Shown here: positions 36,061 to 49,322 of the stretch, in pieces
How the letters are laid out: each line of letters starts with the position of its first letter
Numbering within the stretch: the stretch's first letter is position 1
Assembly: GCF_016432865.1 (NCBI RefSeq)
Contig: NC_067399.1
Coordinates: 4,898,001 to 4,962,000 of the forward strand
DNA length: 64,000 nt
From: Antechinus flavipes
Taxonomy: Eukaryota
Direction of reading: 5' to 3'
Position numbers and translations under genes: made by a program
Notes under the pieces: generated by a model
Database searches by the model: none
Seen by the model: the letters and a program-made list of their open reading frames with translations, nothing else
Told to the model about the DNA's origin: nothing

Positions 36061-36719
36061 AGTTTTTTATATGACTTCATTTTTATAGTACTTTTCAGTA
36101 CTATCTGTACTATATAGTAGTAATGTACTAAATGCAATGTAATTTCCCTGCTTGTTTCTTTTACTTAGGTCCACCTCATGATTTGTTTCTGACTAGTCAT
36201 TTGACCCACTTATGAATTTTGAGCTGAGAAGTGCTGAAGAGTTCTGCTGCTGCCACCACTGTCACAAACACTTTCAAGGCCAAAGGATGGTCCTGCTGAG
36301 CGCCCACTTCAACCTTTGTGTTAGAGAGTTTTTCTCTGGCTTCCGAAGTTGTCGTCGTCTGGAAACCGTCTTGCCCTGACCTTTGTTAGCTCTGTCACTG
36401 CAGAATTTGAGTTGAAGGATTATTTTAAAGTTGTTTGGGGGAATGTCAGGGGTGTTCAGCTGAATGGCTGCCTCCAATCCACCATCTTCAATCTGTCCTT
36501 ATTGGTTTAATTGCTGTAGAAGAATGTAGAAACACCCTCCTCTAGAGCAGATTGACATTTTATCTGTGATTGACAGATTTAGAGATTTGACTGGGTCACT
36601 AAGAGGGATTGTGGCTCAATTAAAACGTGACTTATCCTAGCATGAGTAACTGGCAAGGCTTGAGTCCAAGTTACCCTAAATTCTCGGTGGGCTCACTACC
36701 CACTAAATCAGTCCTACCC

Positions 36720-38330
36720 CCAGTGTTGATGCTGCTTTTATTTTCATCGTTATTTCCATGAATGATCTCTTAATTTCCAAACGTGATGCCCTTTTCCTTG
36801 CTCCTCCTCTATGATCTTTCTGTAATTTGGGACTCAAACACCTTTTTCTTCAAGATCATTTCTGCTCTCCCAGATTTCTGCTCCCACTCACTGACCTCCT
36901 CTCGTCTCCTTTGTGGATCTCCATCACTAACTGTGAGTGCTCCCCAAACTCCATACTGCCTCACTTGGTGATGTCATCAGCTCCCATGGATTCTATCATT
37001 TCTAAGCAGCTGATTTCCAGGTCAATACATCCGGCTTTAGTCCTTCTGACATGGTTAATTACCTATTGGATATTTTGACCAACTTTCCTATAACCATCTC
37101 AAGCTCAATATGCCTAAAACAAAATTTGTCTTTTCCTCAAAACTCACCCACTTTCTCAATTTTCCTATTTCCATTAAGGGCATCATCATCTGATTTTAGA
37201 GAGACCTGGAGAGAGTGACATGAAGCAATGTTAAGTGAAATGAGCTGAATCAGGAGATCATTGCACATGGCAACAAGATTATACAATGATCAATTTTGAT
37301 GGATGTGGCTCTTTTCAATAATGAGATGATTCAGGCCAGTTCCAATGGTCTCATGATGGAGAGAACCATCTATACCCAGAGAGGACTATGGGAACTGAGT
37401 GTAGACCACAACTTAGCATTTTCACTTCTTTTGTTGTTGCTTGCTTGAATATTATTTTTTCTCCTTTTTTTCCCCTTTTTGATCTGATTCTTCTTGTGCA
37501 ATAAGATAATTGTATAAATATGTATGCTAGTATTAGATTTACATATATTTTACTGTGTTTAACATGTATTGGATTACTTGTCATCTAGGAGAGAGGAGGA
37601 AGGAAGGGAAGGAGATTGGAACACAAGGTTTCGCAAGGGTCAGTGGTGAAAAATTATCCTTTCATATGTTTTGAAAATAAAAAGCTTCAGTTTTAAAAAA
37701 GGGGTTATCATCATCTTCCCAGTCATCCCAGTTCCCAATTAATACCAGGATCACCTTTGATTCTTCAGTCTCACTCCTCCCCCCAAATGAAATCAGTTGC
37801 CATTTCTGGCCATTTTTATCTCCATGTGTATGTGTGTGTGAATGTGTGTGTCTGCTTGTATGTACCACCCTCGCCCAGGCTTCCCTCACCCTTCCCTGGA
37901 TTACTACAAAAGCCTCTTATAGGATCTTCCGGTCATAAGTCCCTTCCCTCTCCAATCGATCCTCCGAAAGTTGCCAAAGGGATTTTTCTAAGCCATAGGT
38001 TTAATCATGTCATCTTCCTCCGATTATTCAATAAACTCTCATAGATCCCCGCGCCCTCTAATATGAATTCCCTTACTTAGAGCTTTCTTCTGTATCACTC
38101 TCCTCCACAGCCCAGCCCTACTGCTCTACTTCTGCTTCGCTCTTCCCTCCGCTCCTTTGACCCGGTTCTGGGCAACCAGCCTCAGGGGTGCTCCCTGCTC
38201 ACCTTGCCGAGCCCCTCATGAGGCAGCTCCAGGGCTTTCTTCTGTAGGAAACCCCTTGAAACCAATGCTGGAGCCCCCCCCCATTACTTTCTCCCTGTGC
38301 TCCAGGTGAATCTCTCATTAGAATGGAAGT
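36720..38330 (+). mobile_element. L2 split by an L1 3' end (L1 at 37200-37690)
   Basis: L2 motifs ctcaagctcaatatgcctaaaac and atgaaatcagttgccc; L1 motif ggaactgagtgtagaccacaacttagc. Confidence 0.7.
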
Positions 38331-39475
38331 GAAGGAAGGAACCCACAGATAAAGGAGCCAGACCGCTGACCTCAGGAAAGCGAAAAGCAGCAGGACACTC
38401 GCTCACACCCGCCGTGGGTATGGCCCAGGGCTGGGCCCGGGGACGGAGAGAGGAAACTGGGGCCCCGCCCTGGAAGAAGGGACCGTCTGTGGTAATTCAA
38501 AGAAAATGGCAGCTGGGGGCTGCCCCGACCAGGACGGAGGACGGCTTCGCGTCTGCTCTGCGGTTGTCACAGGGCTATTACTGTTGTCGAGGTTGTTGAG
38601 TGTGTTGTTGTGCTGCGGCCATGGGGGAGGAGAATGTCCTGGGGATGGAATAAGGAGGGTGGGGAGCAGCCAAAAGCAAGCTCCTGTTTCTGCGGCCCCC
38701 GGTCAGCACTCGTGGGATCTGGTGATGGGCAACAGTGATGCTCGTTATGGAGTGAAGAGCCCGGCTGTCACACATGGGACTGGTGGAAGCCAGAGCCAAG
38801 GTTCGGACTTACCCCCAAGCCCCCCCCCCCCAAAACCCCTGCTCTGTGTTCTGGTCCAGCAGCTGGAAAGTCAACAACGGGAGCCGGGTGGACGAGGGCA
38901 AACAGAAGTGCTGGGGGCAGGGGGAGGGGGGGCTTTTCTCTGGGGATGGCGTGCAGCTGGTCATTGGCTGGAGCCAGGGGTCAGGGTCCACCATAACTGA
39001 ATCCCTCGCAAGGCCGGCCAATTTATCTTCTGCAGCTGAACACGGGCCAGGCGATCCCCACAGCATGGCCATGGAGCCCACGCAAGCGTCTGATGCATCT
39101 CCAGAGTATTTACGAGGGCTTCTGTTGTGAAGATAGTTTCTTAGGTAACCGGGGGAAAACATGGTAGGCCCACTCCTCATCCATCAGAAACCCTGGCTCC
39201 CCATCCAATAGTGCAATAAAGCAGATGCCGCCTTTTCGGCAGGAGACACAGAGACGCAGGGCGGGAGACAGGAGAGAGGCAGGGCTCCTTCAAGTGGGGG
39301 CACCTGGGTGAGGAGCACACGGACCATGGGACCGGGCTGCAGCCCGAAGTAGGGGCAGGGTGAGACAATCCCTGACTGACACAAAACCTTGGACACGGTT
39401 TTGTTTTTGGAGGCCGAGTCATCAGTCAGATGATTTTCTGCTCACTGGTGATCACTATTTGTGACAAAGCTAAAT

Positions 39476-39806
39476 NNNNNNNNNNNNNNNNNNNNNNNNN
39501 NNNNNNNNNNNNNNNNNNNNNNNNNNNNNNNNNNNNNNNNNNNNNNNNNNNNNNNNNNNNNNNNNNNNNNNNNNNNNNNNNNNNNNNNNNNNNNNNNNNN
39601 NNNNNNNNNNNNNNNNNNNNNNNNNNNNNNNNNNNNNNNNNNNNNNNNNNNNNNNNNNNNNNNNNNNNNNNNNNNNNNNNNNNNNNNNNNNNNNNNNNNN
39701 NNNNNNNNNNNNNNNNNNNNNNNNNNNNNNNNNNNNNNNNNNNNNNNNNNNNNNNNNNNNNNNNNNNNNNNNNNNNNNNNNNNNNNNNNNNNNNNNNNNN
39801 NNNNNN
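39476..39806. other. Assembly gap
   Basis: N run. Confidence 1.
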
Positions 39807-39964
39807 TGCCTCTCTGTGTGTCTTTCTGTCTGTGTCTCTCTGTCTCAAAATCAAAGTAGAGGATTCTTAGTGATGTTCTAGGCTTGCCAAGGTTCTCATT
39901 CCATCTCTAGCCTAATTCTACTTGTTTGGACTTTCACAATAATTAGCAATCTCTTCCTTCAAAG

Positions 39965-40200
39965 AAACAGTGCTGTTCATGTCAGATTCTTTGTGACCCT
40001 GTTTGGGGTTTTCTTGGCAGAGATACTATAGAGGCTTGCCATTTCCTTTTTCAGATCATTTTACAAAAGAAGAAACTGAGGTAAATGGGATTAAATGACT
40101 TGGCCAAAGTCACACAGCTAGTAACTGTCTGAGGCTGGAGATAAACTAACAAAGATGATTTTCCCAGCTCCATATCCACTGGGCCACCTGGCCATCTTTC
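39965..40200 (-). mobile_element. Mar1-type SINE
   Basis: gtgaccctgtttggggttttcttggcagagatact. Confidence 0.8.
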
Positions 40201-40299
40201 CTTTAAAAACAGTTAAAAATGGCAAAGGAAGAAGAATCATCTTTGTAAATTCCTGGAGTGGGACGGGACTTCCTTCAAGCATATCTACACCAACAAGTT

Positions 40300-40500
40300 T
40301 CCAAAGCTCATTTCTTTGATGTTCTGCACCAGTGGGTATGGGATCTCATCCAAAGCTGCAGGTCGGAAGCCCTCCAAGACCGTCCATCCTGGGCACCCCC
40401 TGTCCACATCTCCCATATGTCACTGTGAGGGTCTGTCCACACACTGGGGACTTTCCTCAGGATTTTCTGACCGTGCCTCCACATTGAGGATGCTGGCTTC
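40300..40500 (-). mobile_element. RTE LINE 3' fragment
   Basis: minus frame WTDPHSDIWEMWTGGAQDGRSWRASDLQLW resembles the RTE C-terminal W.D...W.R.AQDR..W motif. Confidence 0.6.
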
Positions 40501-40914
40501 CCGCTGGTCTTCCCAGATTCTTCCTTCCCCAACCCCTCTTATTTTTTTCCATTCATTCTTTCACCAAGGATCCGGGGCCCTGTCTCCTCCTCCGTAACAT
40601 GTCAGAGCCAGCCCGTGCCCACTGGGTACCGCTCTCCCGCCCTCTCCGTGACCCTCCGCTTCCATTCTCCAGAGATATTAGAATTCCAGGAATTCCAGGC
40701 GTGCCAGGTCACTGGAAGAACACGTGGATTCAGAAAACACATCTTTGTTTAAAGGAAAAGCTTCCATTCGTTAAAAGAATTGTGGGAGCTCCCAAAAGGA
40801 ACCCAGGGTACTGTAATCATAATAGCAACTAGCAATGTTCAGCTCTATAAAGGTTCAGGAGTCTTTCCAAATATGATCAAAGTTGATCCTCACAGAGCCC
40901 TAGGAGATGTTGCT

Positions 40915-41055
40915 GCTGGAGCAGCTGGGTGGCGCAGTGGATAGAGCACCAGCCCTGAAGTCAGGAGGAGCTGAGTTCAAATCTGGTCTCAGACACTTAA
41001 TACTTCCTAGCTGTGTGACCCTGGGCAAGTCACTTAACCCCAATTGCCTCAGGGA
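40915..41055 (+). mobile_element. WSINE1-type SINE with (AAAT/GAAT)n tail
   Basis: gcagctgggtggcgcagtggatagagcaccagccctgaagtcaggagg. Confidence 0.92.
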
Positions 41056-42799
41056 AACAAACAAATAAATAGACAGATGGATAAATGAATGAACAAATAA
41101 ATGAATGAATGAATGAATAAAAGGAGATATTGTTGCTATCCTTATCTTACAAATGCTCTCATCCAGAGGCACAGAGTTGTCCTGGGTCACATAACAAGTA
41201 AGTGTCTGGGACCAGATTTGAACTCTGGCCTTCTTAACTCCAAATTCATGTCACCCAGCTGCATTCTTAACCACTAAGTTCTGGGAGAGTCCAATTGCCA
41301 AATCTGCCCAAGATAGATGAGCTCCTGACCAGGAATGGACCCACTGGACCAAGATGGGACCCGCCAGCACTGGGCACAGAGTGCCAACTGTCCTAGCTCC
41401 AACAACTCCTTACGGGTCTGTAACTGGAAGCAGACTGAGGCTGGCTAACCTAAGCCCTTCAATTTGCAGATGAGGAAGATGAAGATAAGATGTTTGACTT
41501 TCCTCCAATTAATAAGAGCGACCTCTTCAGCGCATTGTTCTTTCAAATTCGCGCTGGTTATTTGGAGAGTCCAGTTTTTATTGAATGATGAGAACTATGA
41601 GGTCAGAAGCCAGATTTTAGAGAACTGAGAAAAGAGGAAGAGAAAGAAGAAAGTGGGAACAACTATTGTAGATCGCTGAGGATGGTGAGATCCACCAGAT
41701 CAAGTGAAGGCTTTGGGGTTTGGTTTCTTTCCTGGTTTTTGAGGATAGAGGAGATATTTGTAGAAAGCAGGAAAATAGTCAACAGAGAGGGCGAGATTCA
41801 AAATAAGTGATAGAGGAGGCAGTCTGCTAAAAGAGAAGGATGGACTGGGGTCCCCCATGCAGGTAGATGGTTAGGACTGGCCAGGAAAAGAGTCACTTCA
41901 TTAAGTCAGAAAGGAGGATTTAGTGAAAGCAATGCTTCTAAGAGATATGAGATGAAGAGGAGATAAGAGAGCGTGCTATACAAATTTTCTTTTTTTTAGT
42001 GAAATAGGAATGGTTATTCAAGGAAATATTGGAATGGGAGGGAAATTGGCATCATGTGCTCCAAGATATAAAAGGGCCCGAGGACGCAGAGAGGAATCCT
42101 TAACAGCATTGAGAAGGGCAAAAGGCCATGTATTTCACAAAGAGGAGAAAGGGAAGGAGATCCATAAAACACTTGGGGTCAAGTAAAAGATTTGAGGTTA
42201 TTCCCGAAAGGAAATGAGCTGCTCCCTCTCATGAGTAATTTTCCAAGAAAAGAAAAACATCTGAATTCACAGGTACATGTGAGGGCAGATTCAGCAAGAG
42301 TCAGAGGAGAGAGAGGTGAGTACCACAGCAACTATTTGTCTCCCCGACTATAATAATAGAAACATCTTCTGTTTTCCTGAGGTGCACATGCCCGCGAATG
42401 ACAGATACTTCCACCGCTTGTCAGATGCGATGACTCACTCCTGGTGACTCAGAAAGGAATCAAGTGATGCTGCCAGAAGGAATCTGGAGCATCTTGCTAA
42501 AACCTCCCCAATGTTGGGAAGGAAATTAAGGAACTGAGGGGCATCCGTACATACTGTTCTCCTCATTGCTTCAGAAAGCAAGGCTTCGGGGAAATAGGCA
42601 GATAGATGGATGGAGAGATTGATAGGTAGATGTTTAGACTGATGGATGGATGGATGGATGGATAGATAGACAGACAGACAGACTGACAGACAAGTAGCTA
42701 AAAGGTCAGGAAATAATTCATCTTGCTTTTTGCATTACTAATCCCTGGAGCAGTGCCTTGCCCATAGGAAGTGCTTTAAAATGGTTTTTGAATTATGGG

Positions 42800-43150
42800 A
42801 TGATCAACTTTGACAGACTTAGCTCTTCTCAGCAGCACAGGGATCCAAGACAATTCCAAAAGACTCATGATGGAAAATTGTATCTACCACCGGAGAAAGA
42901 ACTGGGAAGTCAGAGTGTCGATCAAAGCATATGATTTTCACTTTTTTTCTTTCTCAGGGCTTTTCCCTCTTGTTCTTATTCTTCTTTCACAAGATGACGA
43001 ATGTAGAAATGTGATTAATATGATTGTACATATATAACCTTTATCAGATTGCTTGCTGTTTTAGGAGTAAGGGAGGGGAGGCAGGAAGGTAGAAAAACTT
43101 CAAAATCTTATAAAAATGAATATTGAAAACTTTCTTTCTATGTAAATGGG
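42800..43150 (+). mobile_element. L1 3' UTR
   Basis: ccaagacaattccaaaagactcatgatggaaaa. Confidence 0.8.
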
Positions 43151-43439
43151 GGAGGTAGTATAAAGTGCAAAAAGAATACTTTTTGCATTGAAATAAAGTG
43201 AAAAGTGAGCATCTGGTTAAGATATGGCATGTTCAAGTTCAGCTCAAGAAATATAAATGATAAGCTCCAGATGAAGAATAGGCATGCATTTTCCCAAAGT
43301 CTTGCAAATGTAATCAAAGATTCTTCAGGGAAAATGGAGGCATTTGTTTAGCAGACTGGATTTTTGGATGGAAGCTATAGAAAAAGAATTGAAACACTCA
43401 GAAATTCATAGGAATAAAATTCATGGAAAAAATCAGCAA

Positions 43440-44000
43440 GAAAAGTCATGGTTTCAGGTATCTATACAAAATGCACAAGGAAGGTGAACTAGAAACTTAA
43501 TGCAAGTGTGAAATTTAATCTAATAACGATTTCTAGAATTTTATGGGATGAAACCCAGTACTGAAATTGGGATATGGCATCAGAAGGGTGTGCTTTGCTT
43601 AAAAGGAAAAAGACCAGGAAAAGATGTGGGAGAGGCATTGGCATAATATTGCATTTATACATTAAGAATACATGCTTAGGAGAAGAAATTCAATAACTCT
43701 AATCAAGGAAGCGTGATACAAAATAGGACATTTTCTATTTGGGGACAGTTTGTCCTTCAAAAGTTGGAGAGACCAATAAAGAAGGTGCTGAATGATTCTT
43801 ACCAACAAGAGAAGCAACGGACTCAGCCCAGGGGAGAAAGGGATGATGGAGATTTTGGTAAGAAATTATCCCTCTGATTTAGAAAATGTGATAGGGAGGA
43901 AAAGGAAAGTTGAATGCAGATCCAGTGACCCCTCAACCTTGGGAAAGGAGATTTCAAATGATTCAGAGAAGTAACATTAATATCACAGTGCTGACTATGG
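43440..44000 (+). mobile_element. L3/CR1 endonuclease remnant
   Basis: tatctatacaaaatgcacaa (LYTNA-like), gggatgaaaccc (WWDET-like), aaagaccaggaaaaga (RPGK-like). Confidence 0.55.
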
Positions 44001-44239
44001 GAAAAGTCATCTCAATAGAAGTAAGAAAGATGGATGACATTTAAATTGCACTTTTAAGATTTTTAAAGAGAGGGATTTCCAAGTATTTTCATAATTAAGC
44101 CTTTCAACCCTCAATGCCTATAAATGCTACTCTTATTCCAGTTTTACAGATGGGACAACTGAGGATCAGAGAAGTCAAGGGGACATGGAGCAGATAAAGC
44201 CTAAGGCAGGATATGAACACATCTTTCCAGCTCTACACC

Positions 44240-44505
44240 CAATGCTCATTCCATTTTTTTTGTTCAGTCATTTCATTTATGTCCAATTCTTCATGACCCC
44301 ATTCGGGGTTTTCTTGGCAGAGATACTGGAGTGGTCTGTCATTTCTTTCTCCAGCTCATGTGGAAACTGAGGCAAAGAGGATTAAATGACTAGCCCAGGA
44401 CCACATAGCTAGTAAGTGTCTAAGGCCAGATTTGAACTTAGGAAGATGAGTCTTCCGGTTCGAGGTCCAGTGTTCTATCCACTGTAGCACCACCTAGCGG
44501 CCCGT
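44240..44505 (-). mobile_element. Mar1-type SINE
   Basis: near-complete antisense Mar1. Confidence 0.88.
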
Positions 44506-44522
44506 TCAACCCACTACCACTT

Positions 44523-44830
44523 TGTAATGAGAAAGAATCAGAATTAAAACTCCAAAGAGCCAAAGTAAAAGCACGACTTCCCAAAGAAGGCTGTGGAGAT
44601 TCACGGAGCATCTATCAACCACAGAACATTTTTCTAAGACAGATATTAGCGCAGATAAGAGAGGAAGAATTCAAAACCTGGCTTGATGGTGTAAAAATGT
44701 TTCCAGTCGTAAGCGGTCAGGAGGCGTAAAGAGCTCACGTGGCAGAGCCCAGGACCAAACAGATGAGGGATGGATAGAACATCGGACGAAGCAACTGAGC
44801 TGACATCCAAAAAGGGCACGTGAAGAGTGT
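44523..44830 (+). mobile_element. RTE LINE ORF2 C-terminal remnant
   Basis: ESELKLQRA.. and gctcacgtggcagagc..aacagatg resemble RTE EELKL..QRAMER and GHVAR.RDNRW motifs. Confidence 0.5.
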
Positions 44831-45039
44831 TACATTTGGTATAAAAAATGCCGACGTCCAAGGACAAGAGAAGAATGGCACGGCTGATCCGACCGTCCCA
44901 ACGTTTCTGTGACTTCAGTTCAGCCACGCCGCCCTCACCTTGTACTTGTGAATCTGATATTTTTCTATATGCTTGAAACTCATCTTGGGCCTTTTGTAAG
45001 ATGCAAAATCCACAGGAGACACTTGATATTGAAAGAGAC

Positions 45040-45300
45040 ATTTGTCGTTGTTTAATCTTTAAGTCATGTCCAGCTCTTTGTGACCTCACTTGGGGTTTTC
45101 TTGACAAAGATATTGGAGGGGTCGGCCATTCCCTTCTATAGCTCATTTTACAAATGAGAAAACTGAGACCAACAGGGTTTAGTGACTTGCCAGAATCACA
45201 CATCTGGTAAATTGAATCTGAGGTTAAATTTGGACTCCTGACTCCATCCAGGTCTAGCCCCTTTATCTACAGAACCATCTAGCTGACTATCTATTATCTC
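45040..45300 (-). mobile_element. Mar1-type SINE
   Basis: gtcatgtccagctctttgtgacctcacttggggttttcttgacaaagata. Confidence 0.8.
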
Positions 45301-46549
45301 CATTTTACAGATGAAGAAACTGAGGTAGAAGTTCTTGGACCAGTGGAAAGACTGTTGATACTAGAATCAGAGAATATGAGTTCACGTTCTACCTCCAATT
45401 AAAAAAAAACAAACAACAACCTAGATGACCTTGGATAACTTTTGGGCTTCAGTTTCCTCCACTTCAAGATGAAAGGGCTGGACTAGACGTCCTCCAGGGT
45501 CTCTTTCACCTCTCGAACTAAAATTGCCTGTTCTCCTGGATGCGCCTCAGTTGCTCATTCTGTCTGACACTTCTCTTGCTTTGACCAGTAGCTGGGATCT
45601 CTCCCAGCAGAAGTGATCTCTACTCTATGCTTCCATATTATTTCTCCCGTTCACAGATGGCTGCTTGAAAAGACCTTGGGTCGTGTCCCAGTGCCAGTAG
45701 ACTAGATTTTGTGGTGTGGGTACTTCAGAAATTCTCCTTAAATGCCTCATTGGGTTTTCTGCGGAAAGTCCTCATCTGTTCTTTGCCGTGATACTGGAAA
45801 CTCACAAGAGCAAGCTCTTTTACTCACAAGTTACGCGTTGCCAGGAAGAACTTCAGAGGTCAAGGGCAAATCTATTTAAATTCCAAGCATCACCTAGCAC
45901 AACAGCCAACAGCTGGAGGTCCTTGTTTGGAGGTGAAAAGTCCATCTCTCCGAATGAGGAGGAAATTGTTTCTTTCTCATTATTGGCTCAGGGCTGGTCA
46001 GAGCTCAGAGACAGCTGAGGTTCCGTCCCTCATCCCCGGCTCACCTCGGAATCCAAGAGCAGCCCGCTCGCTGTAGCCGATCCTTCCGGCCCTTTCCCTG
46101 ACCATTCTCCCCAGCTTCCTGCGAGGGAGGGAGGGTAGGGAGACAGATGAGGAGACTTGGGAGACAGCCCCAGCTACACAATAGCATCCCCTGGCACGAT
46201 GCTTCTGTGTCGACATGGATCACCGTTGAGAAGAAAAGCCAGAAGGTTTGGCTGCTAACCTGGCCTGAAGTCGGGGATGCTATGCCAGCCACATGTTATC
46301 AGATTTCAGGATAAATCTGTTTGGGATGACTTAGCAAGAGGGTTCTGCAAACAAATCCGGGGATAAGCAAGGACTAGATCAAATTGTGATTGAAAACGAT
46401 TAAATAATAATAATAGAATTACCATAAAGTACCGACGTTTCCTTCCAATATGGCTCCACAAAACCATCTGAGGCGATGTGTAATGTTTAATCGTGTCCAA
46501 TCACGGATAAACTACACTTAGGGAATTCTTATAGAATTTGGCTCAATGT

Positions 46550-46800
46550 CAGTAAAACTTTACAAACCATTGTCACTGTCCAAAAACAAAATGAATCTCT
46601 TCAGGAGACGATTGTCCCTCTTATCCAAGACAGGCATATGGCACAGGACTGACATCCTTTGAAGGGAGAGCTTGGAGGTCAGTGAGGTGGAGGACACTGC
46701 GAGGGCACTTCCATACTTGCTGATATCCCAGGCAAGCCCAGTAACTTCCATGATCCCAACATCAACAGCTTTAAAACGAGTGAGTTGCATGAGAAAATCT
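46550..46800 (-). mobile_element. L2 ORF2 fragment
   Basis: atatggcacagg...gggagagcttggaggtcag resembles antisense L2. Confidence 0.5.
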
Positions 46801-46879
46801 CCAATGTTCCTTCTAGCAAAGAACTCAAAACCCTCGTTCTATTTGCACCTTAACGGTGTGAAACTACATTGTTCATTTG

Positions 46880-47190
46880 TGAAAAGGGCCAGTGATACCA
46901 TCAGAGCAGTCTTGAGGCGAGGGGGAATTGGATTTATTGTGGCAGAGCCGCACAAAGTCATCAGCTTCACTCTGCTTTCCAGAATCATCAAAATCCATTG
47001 GCAAGGGCAGTCGGGTGGCTCAGTGGGTAGAGCGCCAGCCCTGAAATCAGGAGGACATGAGTTCAAATCTGGCCTCAGACACTTAACACTTCCTGGCTAT
47101 GACCCTGGGCAAGTCACTTAACCCCAATTTCCTCAGCAAAAAATAAAATCCTTTGGCAAGACAAAAGCCAGGATGCCCAATGATGGCCCT
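46880..47190 (+). mobile_element. RTE-related SINE interrupted by a WSINE1
   Basis: gaattggattta...gcacaaagtcatcagcttcactctgctttccaga, resuming after the WSINE1. Confidence 0.5.
47006..47144 (+). mobile_element. WSINE1-type SINE with 16-bp TSD
   Basis: TSD aaaatccattggcaag (46990-47005) and aaaatcctttggcaag (47145-47160). Confidence 0.93.
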
Positions 47191-48149
47191 ACTTGACTCT
47201 AATGACTTAAGGAATTCTCTGTGGAACCAGCAAAGCCTCGAGAGGAGATCTGGTCGATGGCTGGGATCTGACCCTGGCGGGTGATGTTCCGAGGCATAGT
47301 TCTTTGGACCAGTTTCTGTTGCTTCTTTTGTGATGTTTTAGAAGGTTAACAAGTGACTGGGCATCCCCAGAGCCATTTCACCTATTTTCTAAAACCCTTT
47401 CACTTAATCATGGAGCTTGAGCCGAGGGCCAAAAGAAATGGGGAGCAAGGGAGAGCTGCCGATGCTTTGAGGCCCTTTAAGACCAAAATTCCCTTGTAGT
47501 GACCAGGATGGAGGCTGGATCTCCACGGGAAATAGCTCAACCACTTCCCATTTCATCTGTCTTTTTAAAAGACCTAACATTGTGCAGCATGGGAGGTTTC
47601 ATGGGGGTTTTTCCAGCCAGAGCAACTGATCCCGACATCTTGCCTATCGCCACGTGGATAAGCTGCCATTTTCCTTCTTGCGGGGAAGAGCCACCAGAAT
47701 GACATAACACAGTGGGGACTCAGCTTTCAGGTGAGGTGGGAAGAGCCCCGGCCTTGGAGACTGACCCTGTAGCTCTGACCTTCCTCGCCCCCATAGGGCT
47801 GGGGAACCAGTAACTGGCTCTGCCTCCTGCATTCTCCTTTGTGAAATGAGAGCTTGTTGTTTATAGAGAAGTGGACTTGGCATCGGGAAAATCTGGACGA
47901 AATCCTGCCTCAGACATCCAGGGCAAGATGCTTAACCTCCCTAAAGCTCAGGCTCCTCATCGTTAAAAAACAAAGACAATTGAACTGAATGATCTCTAGA
48001 GTCTCTTCAAATTCTGAACTATGAGCCCAGGAACTTTTGCCCCCAAGATCTCTTGTCATCATGATTTTCCATGTCAAAATCCTGTCTTAAAAGCATTGAA
48101 ATCCAGGTCAAGGATTACTAAACTAATGCATAAACTAAGAGAAAAGAAA

Positions 48150-48835
48150 GAAGGACTGAAGCAGGGGAGGAACAATGGTAAGAAGGGGAAAAAAGGAAGG
48201 AAGGAAGAACTAAAGGGAGAGAGGGANNNNNNNNNNNNNNNNNNNNNNNNNNNNNNNNNNNNNNNNNNNNNNNNNNNNNNNNNNNNNNNNNNNNNNNNNN
48301 NNNNNNNNNNNNNNNNNNNNNNNNNNNNNNNNNNNNNNNNNNNNNNNNNNNNNNNNNNNNNNNNNNNNNNNNNNNNNNNNNNNNNNNNNNNNNNNNNNNN
48401 NNNNNNNNNNNNNNNNNNNNNNNNNNNNNNNNNNNNNNNNNNNNNNNNNNNNNNNNNNNNNNNNNNNNNNNNNNNNNNNNNNNNNNNNNNNNNNNNNNNN
48501 NNNNNNNNNNNNNNNNNNNNNNNNNNNNNNNNNNNNNNNNNNNNNNNNNNNNNNNNNNNNNNNNNNNNNNNNNNNNNNNNNNNNNNNNNNNNNNNNNNNN
48601 NNNNNNNNNNNNNNNNNNNNNNNNNNNGACAGAAGGAAGGAGGCAGGAAGGAAAGGAGAGAGGGAGGGAGAGAGGAAGGGAGGGAGGGAAAAAGGGAAGG
48701 AGGGAGGAATGGGAGAGAGAGAAGGAGGGAGGAGGGCGAGAGGAAAAAAAAGAAAGAAGAAAGGAACGAAAGAAGCAAGGAAGCAAAAAAGGAAGGAAGG
48801 AAGGAAAGAAGAAAGAAAGGAAGAAGGAAAAAAGA
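48150..48835. repeat. (GGAA/GGAG)n purine tract containing assembly gap 48227-48627
   Basis: direct read. Confidence 0.95.
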
Positions 48836-48994
48836 TGCCAATCATCATGATGAGCATTAGCGATATAAAAACAAGCAAAAACCAGAGCTTCTCTCCACTC
48901 AAGGAATTTACATTGAAATGGAGAAAACAGCACAAAAAAGGGAATTGAAAAGCAGGTACCTAGGCTTGTCAATTTCACCTCTGCAATTCTGGCT

Positions 48995-49322
48995 TCTGCA
49001 GCATTTCTCCTGTATTGCACTTTTGCAGCATCTCTCCTGTATTGCACTTTTGCAGCATCTCTCCTGTATTGCACTTTTGCAGCATCTCTCCTGTATTGCA
49101 CTTTTGCAGCATCTCTCCTGTATTGCACATGTGCAGCATCTCTCCTGTATTGCACATGTGCAGCATCTCTCCTGTATTGCACTTTTGCAGCATCTCTCCT
49201 GTATTGCCCATGTGCAGCATTGCATTTCTGCAGCCTCTCTCCTGTATTGCACTTCTGCAACATCTCTTCTCTATTGCATTTCTGAGGCTTCTCTGCTCAA
49301 TCTCACTTTTGTAGCAGCTTCC
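48995..49322. repeat. 27-bp minisatellite gcagcatctctcctgtattgcactttt, about 8 clean and 3-4 degenerate units
   Basis: direct read. Confidence 0.97.

Noticed and set aside
39207-39230. tagtgcaata, resembling the miR-130/301/454 seed
   Set aside because: Similarity stops after about 10 nt and no complementary hairpin arm is visible
40915-41055. tRNA-like A/B boxes (also in the other WSINE1/Mar1 copies)
   Set aside because: These are tRNA-derived SINE heads followed by CORE sequence, not cloverleaf tRNA genes
44646-45203. 185-aa minus-strand ORF
   Set aside because: Starts in a Mar1 SINE and runs antisense through an RTE remnant
46560-47121. ORFs of 76 and 149 aa as a possible gene or viral element
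   Set aside because: Explained by antisense L2, an RTE-related SINE and a WSINE1
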